From the NCBI RefSeq assembly GCF_963921235.1, contig NC_086097.1, positions 71,736,001-71,800,000 on the forward strand: DNA of 64,000 nucleotides, written 5' to 3'. A program made the translations under genes and the position numbers. Numbering within the stretch: position 1 is the stretch's first letter; each line of letters opens with the position of its first letter. The notes under the pieces are model-generated. The model did not search any database. It had not been told where the DNA came from and saw only the letters and a list, made by a program, of their open reading frames with translations. Below are positions 37,131 to 49,815 of this stretch, in pieces. The DNA comes from Mobula hypostoma. Its lineage: Eukaryota.

Positions 37131-39593
37131 TGATAGATACAGGTTTAATTTCAATATTTAAAACTAATTTGAATAGTTACATGGATGGGAGGGGTATGGA
37201 GGGCAATGGTCCAGGTGCAGGTCAATGGGACTAGACAGGTTAATAGTTTGGCACTAACCAGAGTAGCCAAGGGGTCTGTTTCTGTGGGGTAATGTTCTAT
37301 GACTCCATGACTCTAAGTTAACATTGCAACCTCCTCATCCAAGCAGATTGGAAAGAAGTTGCTATAAAATGATTTTAGAGATGAAACTATTTCTCCAGAA
37401 CTTAAATTCATTATGTCAAACTCAGCTATTAGGTGAGAATCACAAAAAGAACAAAGATGGTGAAGAGAATTATTTTTAGGTAAAAGTCATCTGAAATGAT
37501 TAAGGGATAAAATGCAATGCAATATGTATTTCAACATTATTGGCCAGCCAGGTGAATAGGTATGTCTTTTTCTATGTGGTACAGATGAAAGTACACATTT
37601 ATGTTTATTTATGTTCTGTATATTGATACATCAGTTGGAAACTTCTTTTCCCAAAGGGTATAAGTAAACCATATTTCTGCGCCATTGACTACAATCACAT
37701 TTGTACTATGACAAGAATTACTATGAAAAATACATTCCAAAATGAGAATTTGAAAGGGTTTTGGTTAAATTGTTGGCATCACTGAAACTTGAAATATTTG
37801 AGAAGTACATGCCAGATATATAGTTTAAGGGTTACACAGTCTTTCCAGTCATCACAGGACACAGAATACATGCTCCCTGTGATTCTGACTGAGTCATTTA
37901 CTGTATGATTGCCGTTAATAAATAAAATGAAATAAATGCTTATAATTTTTCTTGACTGTTAAACTATGGACTTGTGATTACCAATGGGGTCTAGGGCTCA
38001 GTGGTAATTACAATGAATTTTAATACCTGAAAGTTCCAACAGATACTTTGCATCATTGCTTTTAAAATTGCCTGCACGTTTTTCTATTGACTAAGGTTAT
38101 TGAAGAAATATTCATTTCAGAGAAACCTACAACATAATAAACAGAACGTTTTCTGTTTTAAGTGCAAACCAATTTATAAAATAAATTGCTTTTAATGGCT
38201 GTTAGTGATTTTCATTCTCTGACATGCTATGTGCTGAGATAAGCTCTATGTGTTATTTGCTGCTATAAATTCCTAAAAGGGAAATGCATCCTAACAGGAG
38301 TGGGTGCTGATAGTTGTGAGGAAGTGAAGCAACACTTGGAAAGAAGAGGGTCCAGGAACTTTGCTAAGTTCCTCACATCCCCATTGCACACCTCCCAACA
38401 TTCTTTTTCAATTACAACGTAGTTACCTTCTGCATGTTCTTCTCACCCTCACAGTTCTTCTCCAAGTCTGTGCCAGCTGCCTGCAATTCTACCCAAAAAC
38501 GAAACATATAAAACAAAAATGCTGTCCATTATTCCTAAAGTATGACTGGAGCAGGTACATCTGCATTTCAGATTCAGATTCATTTAGCACACGTAAATCA
38601 AAATATACAGTGGAATGCAGCGCTTTCATTGACAACCAACGCACTAGAGGACTTTGGGCCTTCAGCTTCTCCAGTGGACTCACTGAACTTCACAGACTCA
38701 GGGGTTCAGCGACTGGCCCTTGACTTCTGAACTGCTGAACGACTTTCAGGCTTTGAACTGGACTTCCAATTGAACTTTAGGCTTTGATTTTCAGTATCAA
38801 CCCAGTACTTGCAGATGATGATGAACCCCCATGGAACAGATGGTGCTGCCCATTTTTGGAAGTACCATAGTTAGGTAAAGAAACTGAAAGCAAAATCTTG
38901 GTATCCTAAGAACAAATGTCCTTCCCTCCCTTTGCAAATGTTAAAAAATCTCCTACTACCTTCAGTCAAAGATCATCAACCCAAAACCCAACACATCGCC
39001 ATGATTGGCATTCTCCCTCGTAAATGTCTGGAAACTCAGGAAATCACTCAAGTTAGGTGCAAGTAAGAAGTCCTAAATTCCTCATAGCTGATTCCTAACA
39101 AGATCAGATTGTGTTTCAACATTGGGATCTGAATGGATTCCACTTCTGAAGGTCCAAACTTCTATGTTTCACAGCAGTTATGCTGGCAAATCTGCCTATT
39201 GAATCTGTATCAGGATCGATCAGTGACTTCATGCATTTCACTGGAGAGCAACAGCATAGCAGAGAGGGAAGGGTCAGTTTAAAGTCATTTACAAATTTTG
39301 TGCCCCAGCTGGGCTCATTTTAAGTCATTTCTTGTTGCTTAAGGTGTGTTCCTTCTATTCCTTCTATTGTTTAAAATATTAAAAAACAAAAAATAATACT
39401 CTGTTTGATCCACAGTGACATCTGAATGTGTGGGCAATCAAAATGTTTCAAAGGCTTGAAGTCTGGTTTAGTCTGCTAGTACAGCTTCAGCAGAAGTCAA
39501 AGCCTTTTTGTCAATGGAGATTCTTCAAACCTTTCTGTGTGATGCCACCATCTACTGGTTCAGGCCTCGCTAACTGGGTCAAGTCCTGCTTCA

Positions 39594-40002
39594 GGATCAG
39601 AATCAGAGTTAGGTTCATAATCCTGATTTATGTATAGTTTTGCAGTAGCAGTACAGTGTACAGACATAAAAAAAATACTATAAATTACCAAATTAGCAAA
39701 TTATGTAAAAAGGGTGAGTGAATTTGTTGCAGCACCACTCCTGTATGCCTCCTTGTTGTCATTGAGATTCTGCCAACTGCAGTGGCGTCATTTGCAAACT
39801 AGTAGATGTCAATTGAGCTGGGCTTTGTACACCGTCATAGGGAGAGCAAAGCAGTGGGTTATGCACACATCCTTGAAGTGTGTCTGTGTTGATTGTCAGT
39901 GCATAAAAGATGTTATTACCAATCAACACTGACTATGGTTTCCCGATAAGGAAGTGGAGCATTGAGTTGCAGACAGTGTTCAGAGGTCTAGGTTTTGAAG
40001 CT
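39594..40002 (-). mobile_element. Rex1/Babar-like fragments
   Basis: atcagaatcaga tail and diverged RT pieces (tctgccaact..gtggcgtcatttgcaaact). Confidence 0.55.
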
Positions 40003-40131
40003 TAACTGGTTGCTATGAAGTGGTTTTGACCTGAAGTATTAACTCTGTTTCCCTTTCCTCATATGTTGCCTGGTCTTCTGTGTGTACCTTGCATTTTCTA
40101 TATTTTTTTAAGGAACACCACTGGGGATCCT

Positions 40132-41051
40132 AGCTGGTGTGCTGCACGGAGACACTCTGGCACCCTACATCTTTATAATCGTCCTTGATTATGCTCTGCG
40201 TAAAGCTTCCAAAGATCATAACAAGCTTGGTTTTACCATAAAACCAGGACGAACCAAAAGGGTCAGACCACTTACGTTCACGGATCTCGATTTTGCAGAT
40301 GACATAGTCCGGCTCTCTGACCAGATGGAGAAAGCACAGCAGCTACTGACAAGAGTGGAAATTGAGTGCAAAAAAGTTGGACTTCACCTAAATGCTAAAA
40401 AGACAGAGTACATGGCGTTTAACTGTGATGAAGGTACTCTCAAGACTGTAAAGAATGATACCATTAAGAAAGTCTTTGACTTCAAGTACCTCGGGTAAAG
40501 AATGATGAGTTCAGAGAAGGACATAAAGATACCGAAGGCGCTGGCATGGAGGGCTATGAATGACATGAAGGAAATCTGGAAGTCGAACCTGACCAGAGGG
40601 CTTAAAAAGAGCATCTTCATAGCAGTCACAGAGTCCATTCTCACGAACAGATGTGAGACGTGGATACTCACCAAGACTATGCGAAAGTCTCTAGATGGTT
40701 GCTGTACACAAATGCTCCGGATGGCTCTTGACGTGAATTGGTAACAGCACATGAAGAAAGTCCAACTCTATGACGACCTACCGACGCTCACCACCAAAAT
40801 CGAGGCGAGAAGACTGCAACTAGCGGGGCACTGTCTACTCCACCCCGAGCTACCTGCCAGCCTAGTTATCATATGGGTGCCCAAGCATGAACCCTGGGCA
40901 CGCTCCTCAAAGACAGTGGCGCGGCTAATGTAGATGAAATGAACACACTGATGAGGTGATGAGGGAGAGGGAGAAGTGGAGAGTCCATCATCGTGCCTGA
41001 CGCCGGCCCCCTAGGCCTGAGTCGACGTAGTAGTAGTAGTAGTAGTAGTTA
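40132..41051 (+). mobile_element. RTE-like LINE, 5'-truncated, with (AGT)n tail and TSD
   Basis: GVLHGDTLAPYIFIIVLDY...DLDFADDI...FKYLG; RRLQLAGHC; TSD gggatcct at 40124-40131 and 41052-41059. Confidence 0.85.
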
Positions 41052-41154
41052 GGGATCCTCACAAGAAAATTACAACTAATAGGTAGGAGAATAGTGAACA
41101 AGATGGATTGGCTCCTCCCATGAAATTTCAACCTTGTTTTTGAATCTACAAATG

Positions 41155-41530
41155 CTCAAAGTTCAAAGTGAATTTATTATCTAAGTATGATACCCTGAGA
41201 TTCATTTTCTTGTAGGTATTCACGGGAACAAAGAAATAAAATAGAATCAATGAAAAGCTACACACAAAAACTGACAATCACTGTGCACATACAAAAAAGT
41301 AAATACAAATAAATCAACAAACAACAAATAAATGACTAGTACAGAAAACATAAGTTGTAGAATCCTTGAAAGTGATTCCATAGCTTGTTAAATCACTTCG
41401 GTGTTGAGGTGAGTGTGGTTATCCATGCTGATTAGTAACTAATCAGTAACTATTCCTGAACCTGGTGATGTGTAATCTCAGGCTCCTGTACCTCCTTCCC
41501 AATGTCAGCAGTGAGAAAAGAGCCTGGATG
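41155..41530 (-). mobile_element. Rex1/Babar-like 3' end
   Basis: Same tail and 3' sequence as 29247-29650. Confidence 0.65.
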
Positions 41531-42762
41531 GTTTACAGACTGTTGATTATTTCTAACTTTTCTTGTCTTGATTTCAAATTTGCAGCATCAGTTAAAAGGG
41601 GCCTTTTTGGGGCTGCTGTTTTTGGATAAACAAGGGCACTTAGATTTGGTGACAGTACCACAGAGAAAGGAATTCAGTGAACTCTGTGAAAATGGTTCCT
41701 TATTTCTTTAAGAAAGATTCTTTTGAAGCAAATACTTACTTTACATTTTGTGAGTTTTACGAAAGAATAAGGAGAAAAGCTTGAAATGTGTACTTTGGTG
41801 GAATCTATTTGACATTGCCTTTCAGCTGGATGTTAGTGAGATGCATTTGTATTGGATTATGTATCACAGGTCACAGATGATGTTTTTTCCTAGTAAAATT
41901 TTAATTCCCCTAATACAAATAAACAAATTAGTTAACAAATTTCCACACGTGTTTTTATTCATGACCCACAGTTTGTGTTTTACTAATCCGATCTCTTTTG
42001 CCAATGACTTTTATTGTGGGTGTCTGCCAAAATTATGATGGTTATGCTGTGCATGCAACTTTCCATACTGTGCTTGGAAGAAATTGTTAAAATAGATAAA
42101 TAGTTACAAATAGTTAATCTCCCCCATATTGTGTTGTAGCATTATATGTTTACGTTCTATGTTCATATCATAATATTCTGGGATCAACCCACTGTGGTTC
42201 GGTTACACAGTGCTTGTTTTTGAAGGTACAGGAGCAGACACTGTTGATTCCAAAAATAAAACTCGTTCTCCATAGTTCTGTAGAATGTCTCTACAGTAAG
42301 TATATATTCAACATGCTGTTCAGAATTTACTTTTGAATCTGTTTCCTTCATCATTTCAGACTCTCAGTTCTGGATCATAAAAACAAATGTTGCATAGCAA
42401 TAGAATGTTCACCTGATCCTTAATTTCTGTAGCTTGAATCTGTCTCTTCCTGTGACCAACCCCTGCTGCCAGTGAAAACAGACTTCCCCTGCATAATTTT
42501 AAATATCTGCATTAAATCTCTCCTTGACCTTAAGCAAAGTACCTCCAAAGCTGAAAAAGTGAAAATGAAAGACAAAATGCTGTAAACCTTTTGCTTATCT
42601 GTGGAGTAACTGTACACTTGGAGAGAGAAAATCAAGCTAATATTTACATTTGTCTGTGTGAAAGAGAACAATCCAGATGTAAAACTGACAAAAATTCAAA
42701 TTCCTTATCAAAGTATCATTCTCGACTTCACTTCCTCGAATACTTTGAATTTTGATCTAAAG

Positions 42763-42830
42763 GATGGAGCCCAGAATTGTTTTCCCAATGGCTCTCATCA
42801 GCCATTGGGAAAACAATTCTGGGCTCCATC
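42763..42830. repeat. Perfect inverted repeat (31-bp arms, 6-nt loop)
   Basis: gatggagcccagaattgttttcccaatggct - ctcatc - agccattgggaaaacaattctgggctccatc. Confidence 0.95.
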
Positions 42831-42957
42831 ATATGAATTTTCTATATACAGGCAGGAATGGAGCAGGAAGGAAGCAAGGTGCAAGGTTAAAAATGAGACA
42901 TTTAAAATCTGGATCCTGACTTGCACCTTCAAGGTCCCGTGTAGCGATACGTTAGAG

Positions 42958-43115
42958 ACACAAGAGACAACGCGACAAGAGGCTGCTGGAATCTGGAGCA
43001 AATAAAAAAACAAAATGCAGGAGGAAATCAGTGGGTCAGATATCGTTCTCAATCTCTTTGCCTCCACGTATGCTGCTTGGCCCACTGGCCGAGTTCCCCC
43101 AGCAGTTTGTTTCAC
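42958..43115. mobile_element. Penelope-like remnant
   Basis: gctgctggaatctggagcaa...aaaatgcaggaggaaatcagtgggtcag / tgctgcttggcccactggccgagttccccc. Confidence 0.55.
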
Positions 43116-43214
43116 GCTGGTGAGATCTAAGGTTATGCAACAATTGTGTAAGCAACTAGCATTTCTTGGGCAGAGGGTTTGTTAAGATGTTCATTGGCCA
43201 CACTGCAAGCTTGT

Positions 43215-44713
43215 AATTCAGAAAACTCTTTAGATTCTGGACTAGTTCCTGAGGATTGGAGGGTAGCTAATGTAACCCCACGTTTTAAAAAAGGAGGGGG
43301 AGAGAAACCGAGGAATTATAGACTGGTTAACCTGACATCGGTGGTGGGGAAAATGCTAGAGTCAGTTATCAAAGATGTGATAACAGCATGTTTGGAAAGC
43401 GGTGAAATCATCGGACAAAGTCAGCATGGATTTGTGAAAGGAACATCATGTCTGACGAATCTCATAGAATTTTTTGAGGATGTAACTGGTAGAGTGGATA
43501 GGGGAGAACCAGTGGATGTGGTATATTTGGATTTTCAAAAGGCTTTTGACAAGGTCCCACACAAGAGATTAGTGTGCAAACTTAAAGCACACGGTATTGG
43601 GGGTAAGGTATTGATGTGGATAGAGAATTGGTTGGCAGACAGGAAGCAAAGAGTGGGAATAAACGGGACCTTTTCAGAACGGCAGGCAGTGACTAGTGGG
43701 GTGCTGTAAGGCTCAGTGCTGGGACCCCAGTTGTTTACAATATATATTAATGACTTGGATGAGGGAATTAAATGCAGCATCTCCAAGTTTGCGGATGACA
43801 TGAAGCTGGGCGGCAGTGTTAGCTGTGAGGAGGATGCTAAGGGGATGCAGGGTGACTTGGATAGGTTAGGTGAGTGGGCAAATTCATGTCAGATGCAATT
43901 TAATGTGGATAAATGTGAGGTTATCCACTTTGGTGGCAAGAACAGGAAAACAGATTATTATCTGAATGGTGGCCGATTTGGAAAAGGGGAGGTGCAACGA
44001 GACCTGGGTGTCATTATACACCAGTCATTGAAAGTGGGCATGCAGGTACAGCAGGTGGTGAAAAAGGCGAATGGTATGCTGGCATTCATAGCAAGAGGAT
44101 TCGAGTACAGGAGCAGGGAGGTATTACTGCAGTTGTACAAGGCCTTGGTGAGACCACACCTGGAGTATTGTGTGCAGTTTTGGTCCTCTAATCTGAGGAA
44201 AGACATCCTTGCCATGGAGGGAGTACAAAGAAGGTTCACCAGATTGATTCCTGGGATGGCAGAACTTTCGTATAATGAAAGACTGGATTGAATAGGCATA
44301 TACTCATTGGAATTTAGAAGATTGAAGGAGGATCTGATTGAAACGTATAAAATCCTAAAGGGATTGGACAGGCTAGATGCAGAAAGATTGTTCCTGATGT
44401 TGGGGAAGTCTAGAATGAGGGGTCACAGTTTAGGGATAAAGGGGAAGCCTTTTAGGACCGAGATTAGGAAAAACTTCTTCACACAGAGTGGTGAATCTGT
44501 GGAATTCTCTGCCACAGGAAACAGTTGAGGCCAGTTCATTGGCTATATTTAAGAGGGAGTTAGATATGGCCCTTGTGGCTAAAGGGATCGGGGGTATGGA
44601 GGGAAGGCTGGTACAGGGTTTTGAGTTGGATGATCAGCCATGATCATACTGAATGGCGGTGCAGGCTCGAAGGGCCGAATGGCCTACTCCTGCACCTATT
44701 TTCTATGTTTCTA
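43215..44713 (+). mobile_element. Young CR1 LINE, 5'-truncated (RT and 3'UTR)
   Basis: ORFs 43179..43709 and 43716..44291 (YLDFQKAFDKVPH, FADD) separated by a single stop; ttctatgtttct tail. Confidence 0.92.
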
Positions 44714-44901
44714 AATAATCTAATTATGTGATTTGTGAAGAATTCACTGAATGTGACAAGGGACATAATCAAAGTAGGAACAGCTACTGAGTGGGGAATT
44801 ATGTAACATGGTGTCTCAATTGAGGCTGAATATTTATAATGACTGTACTTGTGGTTTTGTTTGTAAAACTGACTTGCTCTCAAGAAATGCCACAAGAATC
44901 A

Positions 44902-44951
44902 ATTTCCCCCGGGATGAATAAAGTATGACTATGAACTATGACTATGACTAT
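44902..44951 (+). mobile_element. Extreme 3' stub of Rex1 with (CTATGA)n tail
   Basis: atttcccccgggatgaataaagtatgactatg..., matching 20718-20760; gaatca at both junctions. Confidence 0.7.
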
Positions 44952-45777
44952 GAATCATATTAGGAGACAGGTATGCGATAGGGCTTTAAAGAGACAGATT
45001 ATAGGATCATCTTGTTGGAACTGTGTATGTTGCTAACAGATAGAAATAGCCCTTTGAGATAGCGCACACTGGATGCATGGGTGGTGTGAGTGGAAACCAC
45101 AGACTTTGATTTTACCTGTGGGCCGTACACTATTGACCCACAAGTTGGAGCATGGAGGAGATAAAGCCACTTCAGTAGCTGGACTTAGAGGCAAGCAATT
45201 AGCCAAATAAGCAAAAGCGATGTGAGCAAGATTTTTCTCTCTTGGGCAGGTTTTCTGATGACTAGTAATGAGCAGGAATGAAAAAATGGAGATCTTATTG
45301 TACTCAGACTGTCACTAAGATAGAGAACTTCCGTCAACAGTCAGGACTCTCATTGAGGCACTGGATAAAGTGCTCAAAGCATTTCAACTTTATTGCAGTC
45401 TTCATGCAACAAAATGATTGGCAGATCCAAGTATGTCAGGAGATGCCCAGTAAACAGGGAGAAATTCAACACATATTTGATTGAACCAAAGTTACTGGCT
45501 GCAAACTGTGACTCTGCAAATCAGAGGGATTCATTGTTCTGTGAAGAGATTAAATACAAACTTTGAAATGCAAGAGTGAGTGAGTATCCATTGATTTAGA
45601 CCAGGAAAATCTGTGTTAATGCTGAGCTGATGGGTCAGATCACGAACATTAGAAAATCTACAGATGCTGGAAATCCAAGCAAAACACACAAAATGCTGGA
45701 GGAACTCAGCTGGCCAGGCAGCGTCTATGGAAAGGAGTAAACTGTCGAAATTTTGGACTGAAACCCTTCATCAGGGT

Positions 45778-46723
45778 CATTGTGATAAAGTTTGCAGATG
45801 ATACGAAGATAGGTGAAGGGGTAGGTAGTGCTGAGGAAGTAATGTGATTGCAACAGGACTTAGACAAATTGGAAGAATGGGCAAAAAAGTGGCAGATGGA
45901 ATACAGTGTTGGGAAATATATGATGACGCATCTTGGTAAAAGGAACAATAGTGCGGATTATTATCTAAATGGGAAGAAATTTCAAACATGAGAGATGCAG
46001 AGGGATGTAGGAGTCATGCAAGACTCCCAGAAAGTTAATTTGCAGGTTGAGTCTGTGGTAAAGAAAGCAATGCAATGTTGGCGATTATTTCAAGAGAAAT
46101 AGAATATAAAAGCAAGGAGATAATGCTGAGCCATTATCAGACACTAGTCAGGCCACACTTAGAGTATTGTCAACAGTTTTTGGCCCCATATCTCAGAAAG
46201 GATGTGTTTTCATTGAAGAGAGTCCAGAGGAGGTTCAACAGGTTGATTCTGGGAATAAAGGGGTTAACATATGAGGAGTGTTTTGGCTTTGGGCCTGTAC
46301 TCACTGGAATTTAGAAGAATGTGGGGGGATCTCATTGAAATGTACCGAATTTTGAAAGGACTAGATGGGGTGGATGTGGAGAGGATGTTTCCTATGGTGG
46401 GGTTATCCAGAACTAGAGGGCACAGCCTCAAAACTCGTGGCATGGGCATCTTTTAGAACAGAGGTAAGGAGGAATATTTTCAGCCAGAAATGAGTAAATC
46501 TGTGGGATGCTCTGTCACAGATTGCGGTGGAGGCCAACTCCATGTGTATATTTAAGGCAGAAGTTGATTGTTTCCTGATTGATCAGGGCATCAAAGGAGA
46601 TGGCAAGAAGGGAGGTGTATGGGGTTTGAGTGGGATCCAGGATCAGCCATGATGGGATGGTGGAGCAGACTTGATGGGCTGAATGGCCTAATTCTGTTCC
46701 TATGTCTATGGTCTTAAGATCTT
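45778..46723 (+). mobile_element. CR1 3' fragment with TSD
   Basis: aagtttgcagatgatacgaag (KFADDTK); ORFs 46075..46314 and 46271..46456; TSD atcagggt at 45770-45777 and 46724-46731. Confidence 0.85.
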
Positions 46724-46732
46724 ATCAGGGTG

Positions 46733-46768
46733 GGTCCTGATGAAGGGTCTCAGCCTGAAACATCGACT
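46733..46768 (+). ncRNA. Minimal type-I hammerhead ribozyme motif, partly decayed
   Basis: gtc CTGATGA a ggg tctcag cct GAAA c atc gac; stem III palindrome lost by a CpG-type change. Confidence 0.5.
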
Positions 46769-47449
46769 GTTTACTCTTTTCTATAGATGCTGTCTGGCCT
46801 GCTGAATTCCTCCAGCATTTTGTATGTTTAGTGGGTCAGATAGATGACAACAGAATTTTTTTCTGAATCATTCAAACATATCCAGCAAAGGAAAGAAGAG
46901 CAACAATGCATATCATGGGAGTATTGTGGAAAATGACATGAACGGCAGAAGGAGATATGCCCAGCTGGTGAGGAAAAATGTCACAAATGCAAACAGATAT
47001 GCAGAGGGAAGAAGTCCAGCAGCAAGCAGAGGAGAACGAGCAACAGGTCAAGGTCAGTTCACAATATCACATGGTGATCAGAGTGCCAGTGAAATCTCTA
47101 AGGGGGTGTTTAAAGAGTGTAAAACGTCATGGCACTGAACTCAGGCATAGGGAAAGGGAACAAGAGAGACTAGAAGGTATCAAACACAGAAGATATGGAA
47201 GAATATAGTTCTATGTAGACTATGCTAAAACATGTAACTCACTCCTACGAAATTTCTTGAGAAGTTTCCAGAGGTAAATAAAAATGCTAAAAATGTACAA
47301 CACTACAACTATGGTACAATATTTGGTGACAGAGTGGTATAGGAAGCAGAGTTGCTGCTTCACAGAGCAGAGACTTGGATTCAATAGTGACTTTGCATGG
47401 AGACAGTTTTGGCATCATCCAGTACCTTTCTTAATTTGCTTTCAGTTGA

Positions 47450-49815
47450 CTATTTTGCATCAGTCTTCACTGTAGAGGATGCTAGTGGTATGCCAGAGGT
47501 TCAAGAGTGTTGGTGGCAGAATTGAGTGCAGTTGCTATTACTGGGTGCTTGAGAACTAAAAGATTTGAAGGTAGATAAATCACCTGATCCAGATGGACTA
47601 CTCCCCAGGGTTCTGAAAGAGATAGCTGAAGAGATTGCGGAGGCATTAGTGATGATCTTTCAAGAATCACTAGGTTCTGGCAGGGTTTGGAGGACTGAAA
47701 AATTGCAAATATTACTCCACTCTTCAAGAAAGGAGGGAGACACAAGAAAGGAAAGTATAGACCAGTTAGCCTGACCTCAGTGATTGGGAAGATGTTGGAG
47801 TCAATTATGAAGGATGAGGTTTCAGGGTACTTGGAGGTACATGATAAAATAGGCCAAAATCAGCATGGTTTCCTTAAGGGAAAATCTTGTCTAACAAATC
47901 TGTTGGAATTCTATGAGGAAATAACAAGCAGGATAGACAAGGGAGAATTGGTGGATGTTGTGTACTTGGATTTTCAGAAGGCTTTTGACAAGGTGCTGTA
48001 CATTCAGATGCTTAACAAGTTAAGGGCCATGGTATTATAGCAAAGATACTAGCATGGATAGAGCATTGTCCGAATGGCAGGAGGCAAAGTGTGGGAATAA
48101 AGGGAATTTTTTTCAGAATGGCTGTTGATGACTAGTGGTGTTCCACAAGGGTCAGTGTTGGGAACTCTTCTGTTTATATTGTATGATGGAATTAATGGCT
48201 TTGTGGCCAGGTTTTCAATTGATACAAAGATAGGTGGAGGGGCAGGTAGTGCTGAGGAAGCAAGAAGGCTGTAGAAGAACTTAGACAAATTAGGAGAATG
48301 GACAAAAAAGTGACAGATGGAATACAGAGTCAAGAAGTGTATGATCATGCACTTTGATAGAAGGAATAACAGGGTAGACTATTTTCTAAACAGGGAGAAA
48401 ATACAAAAATCTGAGGTGCAAAGGGACTTGGGAGTCCTCATGCAGGATTCCTTAAAGGTTAACTTCTAGGTTGTGTCAGTGGTGAGGAAGACAAACGTAA
48501 TGTTAGCATTGATTTTGAGAAGACTAGAATATAAAAGGAAGTATGTAATGCTGAGGCTTTATAAGGCATTGGTCAGGTGGCACTTGGAGTATTGTGAGCA
48601 GTTCTGGGCCTGTTATCTAAGAATGTGCAGACATTGGAGAGAGGTTCAAAGGAGGTTCAAAAAAATGATTCTGGGAATGAAAGACATCTTATGAAGAGCG
48701 ATTGATGGCTCTAAACCTGTACTCGCTGGAACTTAGAAGAGTGAGGGGTGATTTCATTGAAAGGCCTAAATCAGAGTGGATGAAGAGTTTATTATGGGAG
48801 ACTAGGACCGGAGGGCACAACCTCAGAATACCGGGATGTCCATTTAGAATGGAGATGAAGAAGATTTTCTTTAGCCAGAAGGTGAAGAATCTGTAGAATT
48901 TATCGCCACAGGTGGTTATGGGGAGGCCAGGTCATTGGCAATATTTAAGGTGGAGGTTGATAGATTCTTGAGAAATCAGGGTGTGAAAGGTTACAGGGAG
49001 AAGGTAGGAGAATGGGGTTGAAAGGGAAATGGATCAGCCATGATCGAGTGGCAGAACAGACTTGGTGGGCTGATCGTAAACACAAAATACTCCGCAGATA
49101 CTGGAATCAAAACAACACTCACAGCACGCTAGAGGAACTCAGCGGGTTGGGCAGCATCCGTGGAAATGATCGGTCAACATTTCGGGCCGGAATCCTTTGT
49201 CAGGACTGAAGAGGGAAGGGGCAGAGGCCCTATAAAGAAGGTGGGGGGAGGGTGGAAAGGAGAAGGCTGGTAGGTGCCAGGTGAAAAACCAGTAAAGGGA
49301 AAGATAAAGGGGTGGGGGAGGGGAAGCAGGGAGGGGATAGGCAGGATGTTGGGGCCATCTATTGCATTCTGTGCTCCCGGTGCGGCCTCCTCTACATCGG
49401 TGAGACCCGACACAGATCTGGGGACCGCTTCGTTTCCCTATCCCTATTTCACTCTGCTCCCTCCCCCAGCTGCCTATCACCTCCCTCATGGTTCTGCCTC
49501 CTTCTACTACCCATTGTGCTTTCCCCTATTCCTTCTTCACCTTTCCTGCCTATCACCTCCCTGCTTCCCCTCCCCCACCCCTTTATCTTTCCCCTTACTG
49601 GTTTTTCACCTGGAACCTACCAGCCTTCTCCTTCCCACCCTCCCCCCACCTTCTTCATAGGGCCTCTGCCCCTTCCCCCTACAGTCCTGATGAAGGGCTC
49701 TGACCTGAAGCGTTGACTGGTCGTTTCCACAGATGCTGCCTGTCCTGCTGAGTTCCTCCAGCATGTTGTGAGTGGCTGAATAGCCCAATTCTGCTCCTGT
49801 GTCTTGTGATCTTTA
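47450..49815 (+). mobile_element. CR1 LINE (RT and 3'UTR), degraded, with a Penelope inserted in its 3'UTR
   Basis: ORFs 47565..47774 (DKSPDPDGLLPRVLKE), 47780..48040 (YLDFQKAFDK) and 48473..48694. Confidence 0.88.
49074..49773. mobile_element. Penelope-like element: inverted terminal repeats around a GIY-YIG endonuclease fragment
   Basis: VGAIYCILCSRCGLLYIGETRHRSGDRF at about 49348-49432; inverted arms about 49115-49345 and 49545-49772; TSD ggctga at 49068-49073 and 49774-49779. Confidence 0.85.

Larger units (their letters stand above)
45641..46831. mobile_element. Penelope-derived inverted-repeat element with a CR1 inserted at its centre
   Basis: 10-bp TSD tgggtcagat at 45631-45640 and 46832-46841; inverted termini 45685-45775 and 46735-46828. 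Confidence 0.8.

Noticed and set aside
49683..49718. Functional hammerhead at this copy and at 31394-31430
   Set aside because: Catalytic core mutated (GAAA to GAAG here; CUGAUGA to CUGAUAG at 31398)
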